A program made the position numbers and the translations under genes. Below the pieces are notes generated by a model, which saw only the letters and a list, made by a program, of their open reading frames with translations, was not told the origin of the DNA and ran no database searches. Below are positions 1 through 8,473 of a DNA stretch of 26,465 bases, piece by piece. Each line of letters opens with the position of its first letter. Positions within the stretch are counted from its first letter, which is position 1. This DNA is from a virus. Taxonomy: Duplodnaviria; Caudoviricetes. Location of the stretch: positions 1-26,465 of the IMG/VR virus record IMGVR_UViG_3300017902_000417; one strand, given 5' to 3'.

Positions 1-1136
1 ATACGAGATTCTGGAACTCCTAGTGAACGGTATAGTTTCTTTTGGAAGTACTCGATGTCGCTAAGTTCGCCAAGATTCTGTCCACCTGGCAACGTAGTGA
101 TCTCAGTGCCTCTGCCACCTTCTCGTCTTGGTAGCCAGAAGTCTTCGAGCATGGACATGTGTTTTCTATCATCTCTAATTTCTCCTGTTGATGCGTCGTA
201 TACTAATTTGTTTCGATAACGGTTCATCACCTCTTTGAGGTATTGTTCCGCTTTTAACTTAGGTAAGTTACCTACGTCAATGTAGAATATTCTACGTTCT
301 GGCGCTCTTGATAGTCTGTATATAACAAGACTATCTTCAATCATTCTCAGTTGATTGAGTGCCTTGATTGATTTGTGTAAGTAAGAAAGAATAGTTTGTT
401 TGTTCCTGTCAACTAAACCTGAGTGACAGAATGTGATAGCGTCTGGTGCTATCCTTACTGGTCTCTGTTTAGTTGCAAAAGGAGTTTGACCAATAGCACC
501 TAGAGCATTTTTACTCTGTGTTGCACTAGGATCATACTGATAATACTCTTCTATCTCAGGAGTTTCTACATCAGCTGGATTATTTGCATTGATCTGTTTG
601 ATCGCACCCCTCAGAGTGGGATCAGTTTTTAGTTTTCTTACTAACTTAATCTTAAGTGGGTCAATATATCTAACTTCCTTGAGTCCTTCTTCTGGTTTCT
701 CAATATCAATTACTTTGTGATAGTAAATTCTACCATCAATGTACCAGTTCCTTAGTATCTCATGGCACTTTTTATCAAAGTTTAAAACCTCTTTTACTTT
801 CTTAAACTCTTCTCTAATTAATTCTTTAAGCTTCGCAGATGCTGGAAGATTCTCCAAGTCCACTTGAACTGGAGAATCATTCTGATCCGAAACTATTGCT
901 TCGTTTATTATATCTTCAATGGCAGAATCCACTTCTGGATGCAGTGCCATCTCTCTATATCTTTTTATTAACTCAAATTCTGACTTGAATACACCATCAA
1001 TGTCAACATATTGACCGTAAAACCCACTCGAAACGTAATAGTCCGATGAGTCCTCATTCGATTGAGGAACAGGAGAGACGACTCCCTTATTCTGCTCGTC
1101 GTCTTTCTCTATTTTAAAACCAAATAATTTAGCCAT
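1..1136 (-). CDS. g20: Portal vertex protein gp20 (3' end runs off the window)
   Basis: Not in the ORF track. ATG at 1136, manual translation MAKLFGFKIEK...FYGQYVDIDG...ELIKRYREMALHPEVDSAIEDIINEAIV...RNWYIDGRIYYHKVID, typical of T4-like portal proteins. Follows g19 as in T4. Confidence 0.96.
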   Translation of the reverse strand, partial: MAKLFGFKIEKDDEQNKGVVSPVPQSNEDSSDYYVSSGFYGQYVDIDGVFKSEFELIKRYREMALHPEVDSAIEDIINEAIVSDQNDSPVQVDLENLPASAKLKELIREEFKKVKEVLNFDKKCHEILRNWYIDGRIYYHKVIDIEKPEEGLKEVRYIDPLKIKLVRKLKTDPTLRGAIKQINANNPADVETPEIEEYYQYDPSATQSKNALGAIGQTPFATKQRPVRIAPDAITFCHSGLVDRNKQTILSYLHKSIKALNQLRMIEDSLVIYRLSRAPERRIFYIDVGNLPKLKAEQYLKEVMNRYRNKLVYDASTGEIRDDRKHMSMLEDFWLPRREGGRGTEITTLPGGQNLGELSDIEYFQKKLYRSLGVPESR

Positions 1137-1164
1137 TAACTCACTACTACTGGGCTGTCCCAGT

Positions 1165-1172
1165 TATTTATC
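1165..1172 (-). promoter_or_regulatory. T4-like late promoter (GATAAATA) upstream of g20
   Basis: Reverse complement of tatttatc matches NATAAATA, about 30 nt upstream of the g20 ATG in an intergenic gap. Confidence 0.6.
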
Positions 1173-1204
1173 TTATATTATAACACAAGTTTTAGATTAT
1201 GTCT

Positions 1205-1873
1205 CTACTGTGCAGATGTGCTTGCACCAGCTCCAGTTCCGTCAACTGTCTGATTTGTCAATAGTGGGTTAGCCTCACCATCAAAAACATCCCACCACTG
1301 GACTTGTAGGTCCACTGTGAACTCTTCAATAGAATCTGTTTGATCGTATGAAAGTTCGATTGCACTTACATTAGTTGGGAATGTTCCGTGGAACTTATAC
1401 TTTCTAAGTATAGGAAGTTTCTGTTGGTTTGTCTGAGAACCACCAAGTCCTTGTGATACAGGAGCTCTACCGATCTGGTTGACATACATATCAGTCTGAT
1501 AATCAGCTGGTGTTACTTCTCCAGTTGCGTTATCATGTTTGTTGATAGCGTTCATCCATCTCTCAAAAGCATTTCTGATGAGGAAATCGGTGTCGTTAAT
1601 AACTGTGATTGTCCAGACATCGAATGTTCTATCACCAGCGATCTTAAGATTCCTTCCTCTGAAAGGAACATCAATTACGTTGATGTTAGATGCAGGGAGA
1701 TTTGCAGCCTTAACTAGGAATCTACCTTTTTCTTCTGCATCTTGTTCTGCTAATCCATTGGGGAAGACTAATTCTACCTCGAACAGATTGGGGCGAGCAC
1801 CACCACCGACGAGCTTCGATTTAAAGTCATCAATGGTTCTTGTGTCTAATCCAGGCGCATTTCTATTTGCCAT
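1205..1873 (-). CDS. g19: Tail tube protein gp19
   Basis: Motifs GGARPNLFEV, KAANLPAS, PFRGRNLKIAGDRTFDVWTITVIND, FPTNVSAIELSYD, IEEFTVDLQVQWW. Lies between g18 and g20. Confidence 0.96.
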   Translation of the reverse strand: MANRNAPGLDTRTIDDFKSKLVGGGARPNLFEVELVFPNGLAEQDAEEKGRFLVKAANLPASNINVIDVPFRGRNLKIAGDRTFDVWTITVINDTDFLIRNAFERWMNAINKHDNATGEVTPADYQTDMYVNQIGRAPVSQGLGGSQTNQQKLPILRKYKFHGTFPTNVSAIELSYDQTDSIEEFTVDLQVQWWDVFDGEANPLLTNQTVDGTGAGASTSAQ

Positions 1874-1895
1874 TTTTTAAAAGTCCTCTTCGGTG

Positions 1896-1903
1896 TATTT
1901 AGT
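1896..1903 (-). promoter_or_regulatory. Putative late promoter (ACTAAATA) upstream of g19
   Basis: CTAAATA variant in the g18-g19 gap. The same motif recurs upstream of g18, g15 and g13. Confidence 0.55.
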
Positions 1904-1907
1904 AAAG

Positions 1908-4331
1908 TTAGGCGGAACCTACAACTTCATCAAAGCTGATGCCAGTTCTAGTTGCAACGAATGTTAGTCCGATGAAGTTAATAGAACGTGCAGGCTTCAC
2001 GAAGATGTCTGCCTTAAAGGTATTTGAATCAATAACATCAGGTGTGTTATTGGTCTCATCACAAATGACCACGAAGTCTGAAATACCTCTCTTAGCCTTA
2101 ACATCACGAAGATATGGTTCAACAATATTCAAGAAGTTTGTTCTTGTAAGATCATCGTTGAATTCAAATAACTGTGATCTTGCAGCCCTCTCGATAGTTC
2201 CTTCGATTGTTAAGAACAAGCGACGAACGTTGATTCTGTCAAATGCAGATGACTCTTTCTGTGCAGTCTTGTCACCGAATAGTACGATGCCAGCGCCAGG
2301 AGAGAACACTACAGGGTTAATTCTCTTAGGATAGAGAACATCTCTCTGTGCTTGAGATGGGTTGTAAGCAAGTTTAAGTGCATTATTAATTGCACCTCTT
2401 TGAGCTCCAGCAGGGGAGAACCAAGGGAATGAATTAATAGATGTTCTTGCCATCAATCCAGCAATGTCTGCGTTTAATGGAATATATCTAAATGTGTTAT
2501 TGAATCTGTCAAATGTATATTTGTATCCAGAATCAAATACTCCATAAGAAGTAGACTGTAATGTATCGTAGAAAGCAATAATGTTTGAAGTCTGTGTATC
2601 TGAGTTAGTTAAACCAACAACTCCAGCTCTGTATGGTGAAATACATGCAACACAATCTTTTCTAGTGGATGCGATACTTAGTAGTTTGTTTGCCTTAGCC
2701 TGTGCTTCGTAGATTGAGTTTCCACTTGAAGGACCTTGGATAAGGAAGTTAACTGAATACTCAGCAGGGTTATCAAGAACAGTGTATGACTTGACAACTT
2801 CTCCAAGTGAACAGACGAATCTACCATCTCCACCATAATCAGTTCCGTTTGTAAGTGAGTAGATCTTAGGACCAGAACCGTTGAATGTAACGCCCTGAGT
2901 TTCTTGTGACCAAACACCACTTTCATCAATAGTGTATCCACTCAACATTGAATGTTTTAGACCGATACCAGTTTGTGCAGCACCAACAAATACGTTGTTA
3001 GAGAACTGTGCAATGTAGTCTTTGTAGTAGATATTTGTAGATGGAGATACCTTAGCGTCTGTTGCCTTTGATAATCCTACCCACTTCTCTAAAACGTTTC
3101 CAGATGTACCAGTTACTTTACCTGTGTCATCTACAACTACGAGGTGCATCTCGTCATATCTGGAACTTCTACCCTTAGCGTATTCAGATGTAGAAGGACG
3201 ATCTGCAATTTGACTCCAGTAAACAGTGCTGTTTGTAAGTCCTAGAGTTTGATGATTGTACCAATCAGTAATAGTGTTACCTTCTCTTAGGTAGATTCCA
3301 CTATCAACACCAGATTTAACAATGAACGCTGTGTTTGCAAATGCAACAGTTGCCTGAGTATCCATGATGACATTAGATAGTCCACCAGTTGTTGCGTAAG
3401 AAACAATAGTACCAGAGTAAGTTCCGTTAAGAGACTTAATAGTATCGCCAGGTGCAGACTTAAGTGTGTTGAAGTCAGGTCCGAATGTGATAGTTGTAGA
3501 ACCAAGACCTATTTCAGCTTGGAACTTAGTTCTTTCAACTGATACTGAGTTACCACTTGTGTTGAAGATCTTCAAACGGTTAGGGTGGTTTACTGATGTG
3601 TTAGATGACAAGTTATCGTTGTATATCGCAATGTCATATCCTTGGAAAGATGCAGTGTCTGATCCTTCTTCGTAATCTATTGCACTCCATACATCTGTAG
3701 TTACGTTATGTTTTGCAACAACCTTAACATCAACTGATCCTTCGTTAACACCAGTAATAATTCCTTTGATGTAACCTGTTTCAATACCAACAGTACCATC
3801 AGAATTTGCAACACTGGTTGAGAATCCAGCAGTAACTGCAAATCCAACAGCTAGTCCATCAGTACCGATTGAAACTCTTTGGTCTGCAATAGAGTCAATA
3901 GTGCAAACTTTAAGATCGTTAGCCCATGAGCCAGGTGATCTTGCAGCATATAAGAACTCTTGTGCAAGGTTATTGAAGTTGTTATAGTAATCTTCTTGTG
4001 ACTTGACAGATAGGTTGGTGATTGCAACACCTACAGGTGCGTTAGCATTGGATAGCATGTTATTGCCACTTCTCAATACTCTCAACACTCCACCGTATGA
4101 TAAGAATGAAGATGCAGACATCCAATACTCATACTGTCCGTCAGCAGAGTATGGTTTACCAAACGTTTCAAGTAAGTCGGCCTCTGTTTCGATTAAGACT
4201 GGTTCATTAACAGGTCCTTTTGCAAAAGGTCCTGCAATAGCTCCAACCTGATCGTTGATACCGTCTATTCTTCCTACGGTTAGGTCTACCTCTCTTACCT
4301 TAACGCCTGGAGATACTAGATTAAGCGCCAT
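1908..4331 (-). CDS. g18: Contractile tail sheath protein gp18
   Basis: N-terminal LVSPGVKVREVDLT and FAKGPV; C-terminal PWFSPAG, LFGDKT, SAFDRINVRRLF, FEFND, KPARSINFIGLTFVATRTG. Confidence 0.97.
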   Translation of the reverse strand: MALNLVSPGVKVREVDLTVGRIDGINDQVGAIAGPFAKGPVNEPVLIETEADLLETFGKPYSADGQYEYWMSASSFLSYGGVLRVLRSGNNMLSNANAPVGVAITNLSVKSQEDYYNNFNNLAQEFLYAARSPGSWANDLKVCTIDSIADQRVSIGTDGLAVGFAVTAGFSTSVANSDGTVGIETGYIKGIITGVNEGSVDVKVVAKHNVTTDVWSAIDYEEGSDTASFQGYDIAIYNDNLSSNTSVNHPNRLKIFNTSGNSVSVERTKFQAEIGLGSTTITFGPDFNTLKSAPGDTIKSLNGTYSGTIVSYATTGGLSNVIMDTQATVAFANTAFIVKSGVDSGIYLREGNTITDWYNHQTLGLTNSTVYWSQIADRPSTSEYAKGRSSRYDEMHLVVVDDTGKVTGTSGNVLEKWVGLSKATDAKVSPSTNIYYKDYIAQFSNNVFVGAAQTGIGLKHSMLSGYTIDESGVWSQETQGVTFNGSGPKIYSLTNGTDYGGDGRFVCSLGEVVKSYTVLDNPAEYSVNFLIQGPSSGNSIYEAQAKANKLLSIASTRKDCVACISPYRAGVVGLTNSDTQTSNIIAFYDTLQSTSYGVFDSGYKYTFDRFNNTFRYIPLNADIAGLMARTSINSFPWFSPAGAQRGAINNALKLAYNPSQAQRDVLYPKRINPVVFSPGAGIVLFGDKTAQKESSAFDRINVRRLFLTIEGTIERAARSQLFEFNDDLTRTNFLNIVEPYLRDVKAKRGISDFVVICDETNNTPDVIDSNTFKADIFVKPARSINFIGLTFVATRTGISFDEVVGSA

Positions 4332-4371
4332 GTTAGTGTTCCTCGAAGATCTCAGTTGTTTTCTCTGTTAT

Positions 4372-4379
4372 TATTTAGA
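4372..4379 (-). promoter_or_regulatory. Putative late promoter (TCTAAATA) upstream of g18
   Basis: CTAAATA motif about 40 nt upstream of the g18 ATG in an intergenic gap. Confidence 0.55.
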
Positions 4380-4419
4380 AATTGCTACTTTTCCACTGGG
4401 GAAACGATACATGAACCTC

Positions 4420-4644
4420 CTACCAATCAGGGTATACGTCTACTTTATTACTTCTTCTTTTAGTTTTAACTCTTTTGATTGTGCAATTCTTACATTCATA
4501 TGAATATGAAGATGGCTTTTCACCTCTGTTCTTCCTAGTAAGATAGAATCCTTCTGTCAATGAATATGTTTTCCCACACACTCTACATTTTCTCTCGTGC
4601 AGAAATAGAACTGGTTCATCTAAGTCCACTACAAGTAATCCCAC
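4420..4644 (-). CDS. Small CxxC...CxxC zinc-finger-like protein between g17 and g18
   Basis: 74 aa with CRVC and CKNC, basic C-terminus, overlaps the g17 stop. Resembles the Zn-ribbon N-termini of some phage endonucleases. Confidence 0.65.
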   Translation of the reverse strand: MGLLVVDLDEPVLFLHERKCRVCGKTYSLTEGFYLTRKNRGEKPSSYSYECKNCTIKRVKTKRRSNKVDVYPDW

Positions 4645-6284
4645 ATATAAGATCTATCGCCATACTCATCCAGATTCCATCTATCTCCAGAACTATCGAC
4701 AAATGATGATTCTTCTGACAATCCATCATCAATAAATCCGAATGGTGCCATATCTGCCTCTATCTGATCTCTTTGGTCATCATACACTCTCTTTCTTATA
4801 TCATCGTCTGTCATCTCTTTGAAATAATCTTGCATGACTAACCATGCAAATATCACCAGACACATGGCAAGGTCATCATTACATCCTTCCTCAGCTTCAA
4901 ATGAGTTTGACTTTTCAATAAAGGTTGTAAGTTCTGCAATGATATTGTAATCTTTGACTATAAGTTTATCTGACTCTATCAGAGTCTTGAGGTTGAGTGA
5001 TCCTATTTTCTTTACAGTCTTAGACATCTTTACGCCTAACTGTACCTTACTACCAGAGAATCCCTGACCCAATACTTGTCCAGCTCTACCTCTTATTGCA
5101 GTCATCAATACATTTTCATATTCCATATCATAGAATAGTATAGACGCAATTTGATCTCCTATATCATTTACCTCACACAGAACGTATGCGTTATTATATG
5201 CCTTGGCAAATTCTGCTATGATAGTAGGAAATAACATTGGTCTGATAGTATTATTTCTATATTTTGCAACAACTCTATATGGAAACTCTGTTGTATCAAA
5301 GACGATGAAGGCGGAATAATCTTTCTCTACTCCTCTTGCAACGTCTACCGTGATTGAATAATTATGATTTTCTACTGGGTTCTCGTATATCTCCCCACCC
5401 CTCTTTCCAGTATTGATAGGTTCATCATACACCATAGTTTTTAACTTAGCTGGTGATATCAATGTATCAACAGATCCTAAGAACTCACACTCAAACTCAA
5501 CACGGAACTGTGCTTCTGATGTGTTCTTGATGGTCTGTTCTCGCCAAGCATCATCTCTGCCTGGCACTTCTGACCAGTGAACGTCTGTAGTGACGTATTC
5601 GTTTCTACCTAGTTCCGCATCATGCCACAGTCGGTAAAAGTGATTCATACCACGAGGGGTAGAAACAATAATTACCTTAGTAGACTTACCAGAACTAATA
5701 GTAGGATATACACTACTAAAGAAATCATCTGCTAAATGGTTGGCAACGAACGCAAATTCGTCTAAGAATATGATGTTGAATGACATACCCCGAACGGCAG
5801 ATGCAGAGGTTGATGCAGCAATGATCTTGGATTTGTTTTCCAATTCCATAGATCCCTTGTTCCATGCAATGATACCCTGTTGCATCCACTTGGGTAAGTT
5901 CTCATATGCAATCTGTAATCTACCGAGTAGATCTCTTGCAGTCTGAGCTTTGTTTGCAAGTATACCTATAGTTACACTATCGTTGAAGATGGCATAGTGT
6001 AAGAGATATGATACCACAGTCGTTGACTTACCTGACTGTCTAGGCATCTTGCAAATATTAAATCTATTGTTATGGAAATTATTAACTAACTTTTCTTGAA
6101 AGTCATACATCTTGAATGGCACTAGACCTTCATCCAAGTTGATGATCTTTACATACTTCTGTGCAAAATATACAGGATCCTGAGCACACTTTAGAAACTC
6201 AGATACTTGTTTCTTTGTAAAGTTCTGAGCAACGTTAGCTTTCTTTAGATTAGGATTTCCAAGGTATTGTTCATGACTAGACAT
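4629..6284 (-). CDS. g17: Terminase large subunit gp17
   Basis: YLGNPNLKKAN N-terminus, Walker A region PRQSGKST, Walker B IIFLDEFAF, STPRGMNHFY, nuclease motifs DVARGVEKDYSA and DDLAM. Confidence 0.98.
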   Translation of the reverse strand: MSSHEQYLGNPNLKKANVAQNFTKKQVSEFLKCAQDPVYFAQKYVKIINLDEGLVPFKMYDFQEKLVNNFHNNRFNICKMPRQSGKSTTVVSYLLHYAIFNDSVTIGILANKAQTARDLLGRLQIAYENLPKWMQQGIIAWNKGSMELENKSKIIAASTSASAVRGMSFNIIFLDEFAFVANHLADDFFSSVYPTISSGKSTKVIIVSTPRGMNHFYRLWHDAELGRNEYVTTDVHWSEVPGRDDAWREQTIKNTSEAQFRVEFECEFLGSVDTLISPAKLKTMVYDEPINTGKRGGEIYENPVENHNYSITVDVARGVEKDYSAFIVFDTTEFPYRVVAKYRNNTIRPMLFPTIIAEFAKAYNNAYVLCEVNDIGDQIASILFYDMEYENVLMTAIRGRAGQVLGQGFSGSKVQLGVKMSKTVKKIGSLNLKTLIESDKLIVKDYNIIAELTTFIEKSNSFEAEEGCNDDLAMCLVIFAWLVMQDYFKEMTDDDIRKRVYDDQRDQIEADMAPFGFIDDGLSEESSFVDSSGDRWNLDEYGDRSYMWDYL

Positions 6285-6290
6285 AATTTA

Positions 6291-6542
6291 TTAAGAGTCA
6301 ATTACTAATAGGGGTTTTGTGGGATCTTTATCACTCGCATCAAAGTATAATACTTTACTGCCTGGATATACTTTGTTCAATTCATATTGAACATTCTTCT
6401 TCAGTGGTCTTGCCCTTTGTGGGAAGAACATCTGAAGCATCTTAGTCTGACCTCTGAATTGAAAAGTAATAGTATAGGTTGCACCATACTTATTCAACCT
6501 TTGCCAGTTGCCTTCTTCTCTGATTGATTTAAAACTTTTCAT
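6291..6542 (-). CDS. Hypothetical protein, possible internal head protein (MKSFKSIREE N-terminus)
   Basis: 83 aa with a 4-nt ATGA overlap with the upstream ORF. N-terminus resembles T4 capsid-targeting sequences. Confidence 0.7.
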   Translation of the reverse strand: MKSFKSIREEGNWQRLNKYGATYTITFQFRGQTKMLQMFFPQRARPLKKNVQYELNKVYPGSKVLYFDASDKDPTKPLLVIDS

Positions 6543-6928
6543 TTTTTTGAATACAGTTGTCCTTTTCCTCTAATTTTTTTTGCAACGTTTCCAATAGCTT
6601 TTAAAGGACGTTCGATTGTCTGTCTGGTTAAAGCAGTTGGTCCAGTTTTCATACCTCTGGTGAATGACCAAGTTGCACCACCTTTCCCTTGCATGAAATC
6701 TTTAAGTTGACTCATGTTTCTTGGTAATGCTCCACCTTCAAAATCATCATCAGTTAACTTACTTGGATCTTTACCTTTAGATGCTTGTTTAATGAACTTA
6801 CCCTGTTGAGCACGATCATCTTGTCGTAAAGTCTTAAAGGAAGCTTGATCCTCATTAGGAATTCTAACATTCCTACCTTTATTATACCAATCTTTCAAAG
6901 ATTCGTTGAATTGTTGGTAGGTCTTCAT
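6539..6928 (-). CDS. Basic hypothetical protein, possible internal head protein (MKTYQQFNE N-terminus)
   Basis: 129 aa, Lys/Arg-rich, ATGA-coupled to g16. N-terminus is close to the T4 IPII/IPIII leader MKTYQEFIAE. Confidence 0.75.
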   Translation of the reverse strand: MKTYQQFNESLKDWYNKGRNVRIPNEDQASFKTLRQDDRAQQGKFIKQASKGKDPSKLTDDDFEGGALPRNMSQLKDFMQGKGGATWSFTRGMKTGPTALTRQTIERPLKAIGNVAKKIRGKGQLYSKK

Positions 6929-7362
6929 TGATTCTCTTTACTGACTTTTTTGAGCATCTTCTGTAGATCAGCAGTGCTACCCACAAATAAAGAATTGTTG
7001 GTAACATTTGTAGTGTTCTGCTTAGTATTTACCTCATCTATCTCTTTCATTTTCTTTTGGAGATCCACTAACTTGTCAGCCGTGTCTGCAACATGTTTGA
7101 TAAGTTGACCAGCAACCTCATATGCTCTTGCAGAATCTGACTGTTGTGCAACATCCAATGCACCGTCAACTGCCTCTTGACCTTTCTCAACTAAAGAATA
7201 TAATTGAGCTCTACTATATTCATAGTCTTTTGTAAGATCTTCTTTATCTGATTTTACTTTCTTGACAGGTTTGGATACAGGCTCTTTCTTCATGATCTCA
7301 GCACCTCTATCCGTTATGTCTAGAGCGTCATCTATAGAATCAAATGTTTCGTCTTCAATCAT
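6925..7362 (-). CDS. g16: Terminase small subunit gp16
   Basis: DYEYSRAQLYSLVEKGQEA, ARAYEVAGQLIK, NNSLFVGSTADLQKML. Position between g15 and g17. Confidence 0.93.
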   Translation of the reverse strand: MIEDETFDSIDDALDITDRGAEIMKKEPVSKPVKKVKSDKEDLTKDYEYSRAQLYSLVEKGQEAVDGALDVAQQSDSARAYEVAGQLIKHVADTADKLVDLQKKMKEIDEVNTKQNTTNVTNNSLFVGSTADLQKMLKKVSKENQ

Positions 7363-8444
7363 GTCTCAGCATCCCTTTGTTGACTAGTGCTGTATTGTTG
7401 ACCATCAGCATAATCTGTGACAGTTTCACCAAATCCAAAATCATCGCCACTCTGTAAGACTTGTTCAATTATTTGAGTGTCGTCTTGAACGTTGATGACA
7501 TTAATAGGAATGTTGGTGTCATGTGCCATGACTAAACTACCAAACTCACCTCTTCTTACAGTCAACCTGTTTCCAGAGATGGCTCTGATTAACATTTTCT
7601 CATCATCTATTTGTATGTAGTCACCCTTAGAGAATGGAGTAGAACTATTTACAGAGAATTCTGTGATGTCAGTTTTGACTATTTCATTTGTTCTAGCTGT
7701 ATCATCCTTATTGTAATCCTTGACCGCAATAGGAACAGCAGTGTATCTCTGTTGTCTAGATGCAATCTTGAGATTTTCTGTTTCTGTATAGTAATCTGTT
7801 TGAACTTTCTTAATGAGTCCGTCAGTACTGTTGTTGATGGGACCGAATAGATATGTCTTGCATACAAAGTTCAGTGTGTATATTAAAGCTCTTCTTGTGA
7901 GATAATCGTCTTCATAATTATCCTCCATCTGTATACCTTCTAGAGTGATTGGCATGTCTCTCTTCTCTCCAATCACATCTACTAGGTCTACTGTTAAATT
8001 AAATGCTGGTTGAAAGTATGGTAGTATTTGTTCTAGTATTTGTATTGCGTCTTCGTTTAACTTAGATAAGATACTAAGTTGCATATTGATATTGTATGGA
8101 ACAGGCATAAAAGCCTTGATCATTTTGTTTGTCTTCTTGTTAGTAGACTTGAAAGTCTGCATGGTAGAGACTTTTCTAGTTGAATCATAGTTCATTCCTA
8201 TGACTTCAAATGACATTCTTGGCAGGGTGAGTGTAGTTCCAATGTTTCTCTCATCCTGATATTCTCTACCCTGAGATACTCTTGCTAAAAATTTCTGCTG
8301 AGGTCCATAAGATACTGGAACTTTGACAACACTTACTGTCTTGCCGTTCTTATCTGTATGTTGGATCTCAATGTTATTAAACAAGGTTCCGAAAGACACG
8401 ATTGTCTTACGAATGATCTCATGATAGAAATGATTTGTTAACAT
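7359..8444 (-). CDS. g15: Tail sheath stabilizer/terminator gp15
   Basis: FYHEIIRKTIVSFGTLFNNI, VPVSYGPQQKFLAR, TLPRMSFE, PVPYNI, QILEQILPYFQP. Confidence 0.94.
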   Translation of the reverse strand: MLTNHFYHEIIRKTIVSFGTLFNNIEIQHTDKNGKTVSVVKVPVSYGPQQKFLARVSQGREYQDERNIGTTLTLPRMSFEVIGMNYDSTRKVSTMQTFKSTNKKTNKMIKAFMPVPYNINMQLSILSKLNEDAIQILEQILPYFQPAFNLTVDLVDVIGEKRDMPITLEGIQMEDNYEDDYLTRRALIYTLNFVCKTYLFGPINNSTDGLIKKVQTDYYTETENLKIASRQQRYTAVPIAVKDYNKDDTARTNEIVKTDITEFSVNSSTPFSKGDYIQIDDEKMLIRAISGNRLTVRRGEFGSLVMAHDTNIPINVINVQDDTQIIEQVLQSGDDFGFGETVTDYADGQQYSTSQQRDAET

Positions 8445-8465
8445 AATATTACCACCTTATGAAAC

Positions 8466-8473
8466 TATTTAGA
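8466..8473 (-). promoter_or_regulatory. Putative late promoter (TCTAAATA) overlapping the g14 stop, upstream of g15
   Basis: CTAAATA motif about 21 nt upstream of the g15 ATG. Confidence 0.5.
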
